Of a stretch of 64,000 nucleotides of DNA, positions 63,582-64,000 are shown piece by piece. Source of the DNA: a virus; IMG/VR virus record IMGVR_UViG_3300030101_002520, positions 32,001 through 96,000 of that record; one strand, given 5' to 3'. The notes under the pieces were generated by a model. It worked only from the letters and a program-made list of their open reading frames with translations, was not told the origin of the DNA and did no database searches. A program made the translations under genes and the position numbers. Each line of letters starts with the position of its first letter. Position 1 is the stretch's first letter.

Positions 63582-64000
63582 ATGGCTAAGAAAAAATCAT
63601 CACCAAAGTCAAAGGAAAAAAAAGTATCTAATGTTCCTGATCCAATAGAACTAACTGATAAAGATAGAGAAAAAACAGTTGATAAGATAAAGAAACTTAG
63701 AGGTAGTCAAGTAATGACTCTACCTGATGAAGCTATTGTAAGTATACCTGTATCAGGATCATATCATAAAGCCATAGAAGGTTTATTTTTCTACTTAATG
63801 GAACCTATGAATGCATCTGAAGTTATTGCAACAATGCAACATATTAAAAATAATTTTAAAGATGTACCTGAAGAAAAGATCTCAAATAGACAAAAAGCTA
63901 TTTGGACTATTATGACGTTATTATCTGAAATTCAATGGCAAGCTGATGCTCAAGGAAAATTAGTTAAAACAGAACAAAAAGTTGGTAATCTTATTCAAGA
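63582..64000 (+). CDS. 3'-truncated hypothetical protein
   Basis: MAKKKSSPKSKEKKVSNVPDPIEL..., open to the window end and divergent from the replication operon. Confidence 0.65.
   Translation, partial: MAKKKSSPKSKEKKVSNVPDPIELTDKDREKTVDKIKKLRGSQVMTLPDEAIVSIPVSGSYHKAIEGLFFYLMEPMNASEVIATMQHIKNNFKDVPEEKISNRQKAIWTIMTLLSEIQWQADAQGKLVKTEQKVGNLIQ

Noticed and set aside
1-64000. Stop-codon reassignment (TAG/TGA recoding seen in some crAss-like phages)
   Set aside because: Genes are full length and densely packed in the standard code, and TAG and TGA both end conserved genes.
1-64000. tRNA, rRNA, CRISPR array, introns/inteins, transposases
   Set aside because: No cloverleaf or repeat-spacer pattern seen, and intergenic gaps are very short. 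RNR, PolB and DnaB are of uninterrupted size. A tRNAscan/Infernal run would be needed to exclude these fully.

Overview
This window is part of an AT-rich, standard-genetic-code dsDNA phage genome. It is most consistent with a crAss-like (Crassvirales-related) phage of an aquatic Bacteroidota (Flavobacteriia-like) host. Bases 1-30.9 kb (+) encode large internal/ejection proteins, including a 4979-aa virion RNA polymerase (GSDFDIDK, zincin HEAFH) and a 1938-aa zincin-like/LysM/PD-(D/E)xK protein. Bases 31-33.3 kb (-) carry a class II ribonucleotide reductase. Bases 33.3-45.1 kb (+) are a late/accessory block with four paralogous small beta proteins, a host-envelope module (two T9SS-type cargoes, an OM beta-barrel, a secreted CxxC-less thioredoxin), a holin and small basic proteins sharing short GG-containing tags. 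Bases 45.1-63.5 kb (-) are the replication/repair block: SPL-like radical SAM, DUF932, PolB, UDG, PD-(D/E)xK exonuclease, MoxR/vWA module, RusA-like resolvase, primase, SSB, Sak4-like ATPase, DnaB and a DnaA-type HTH. The most notable signals are: (1) by my reading the only two cysteines in about 10,200 aa of ejection proteins sit at the RNAP C-terminus and the next protein's N-terminus, suggesting a head-to-tail disulfide chain; (2) a phage-encoded T9SS/outer-membrane surface module; (3) recurrent K-[AY]-Q-x-G / xxGG and C-terminal VGPNxxL peptide tags; (4) a four-unit 11-bp TTAA array (Pho-box-like) in front of an unannotated 24-aa membrane peptide. All family assignments come from motif recognition by eye; no searches were run.
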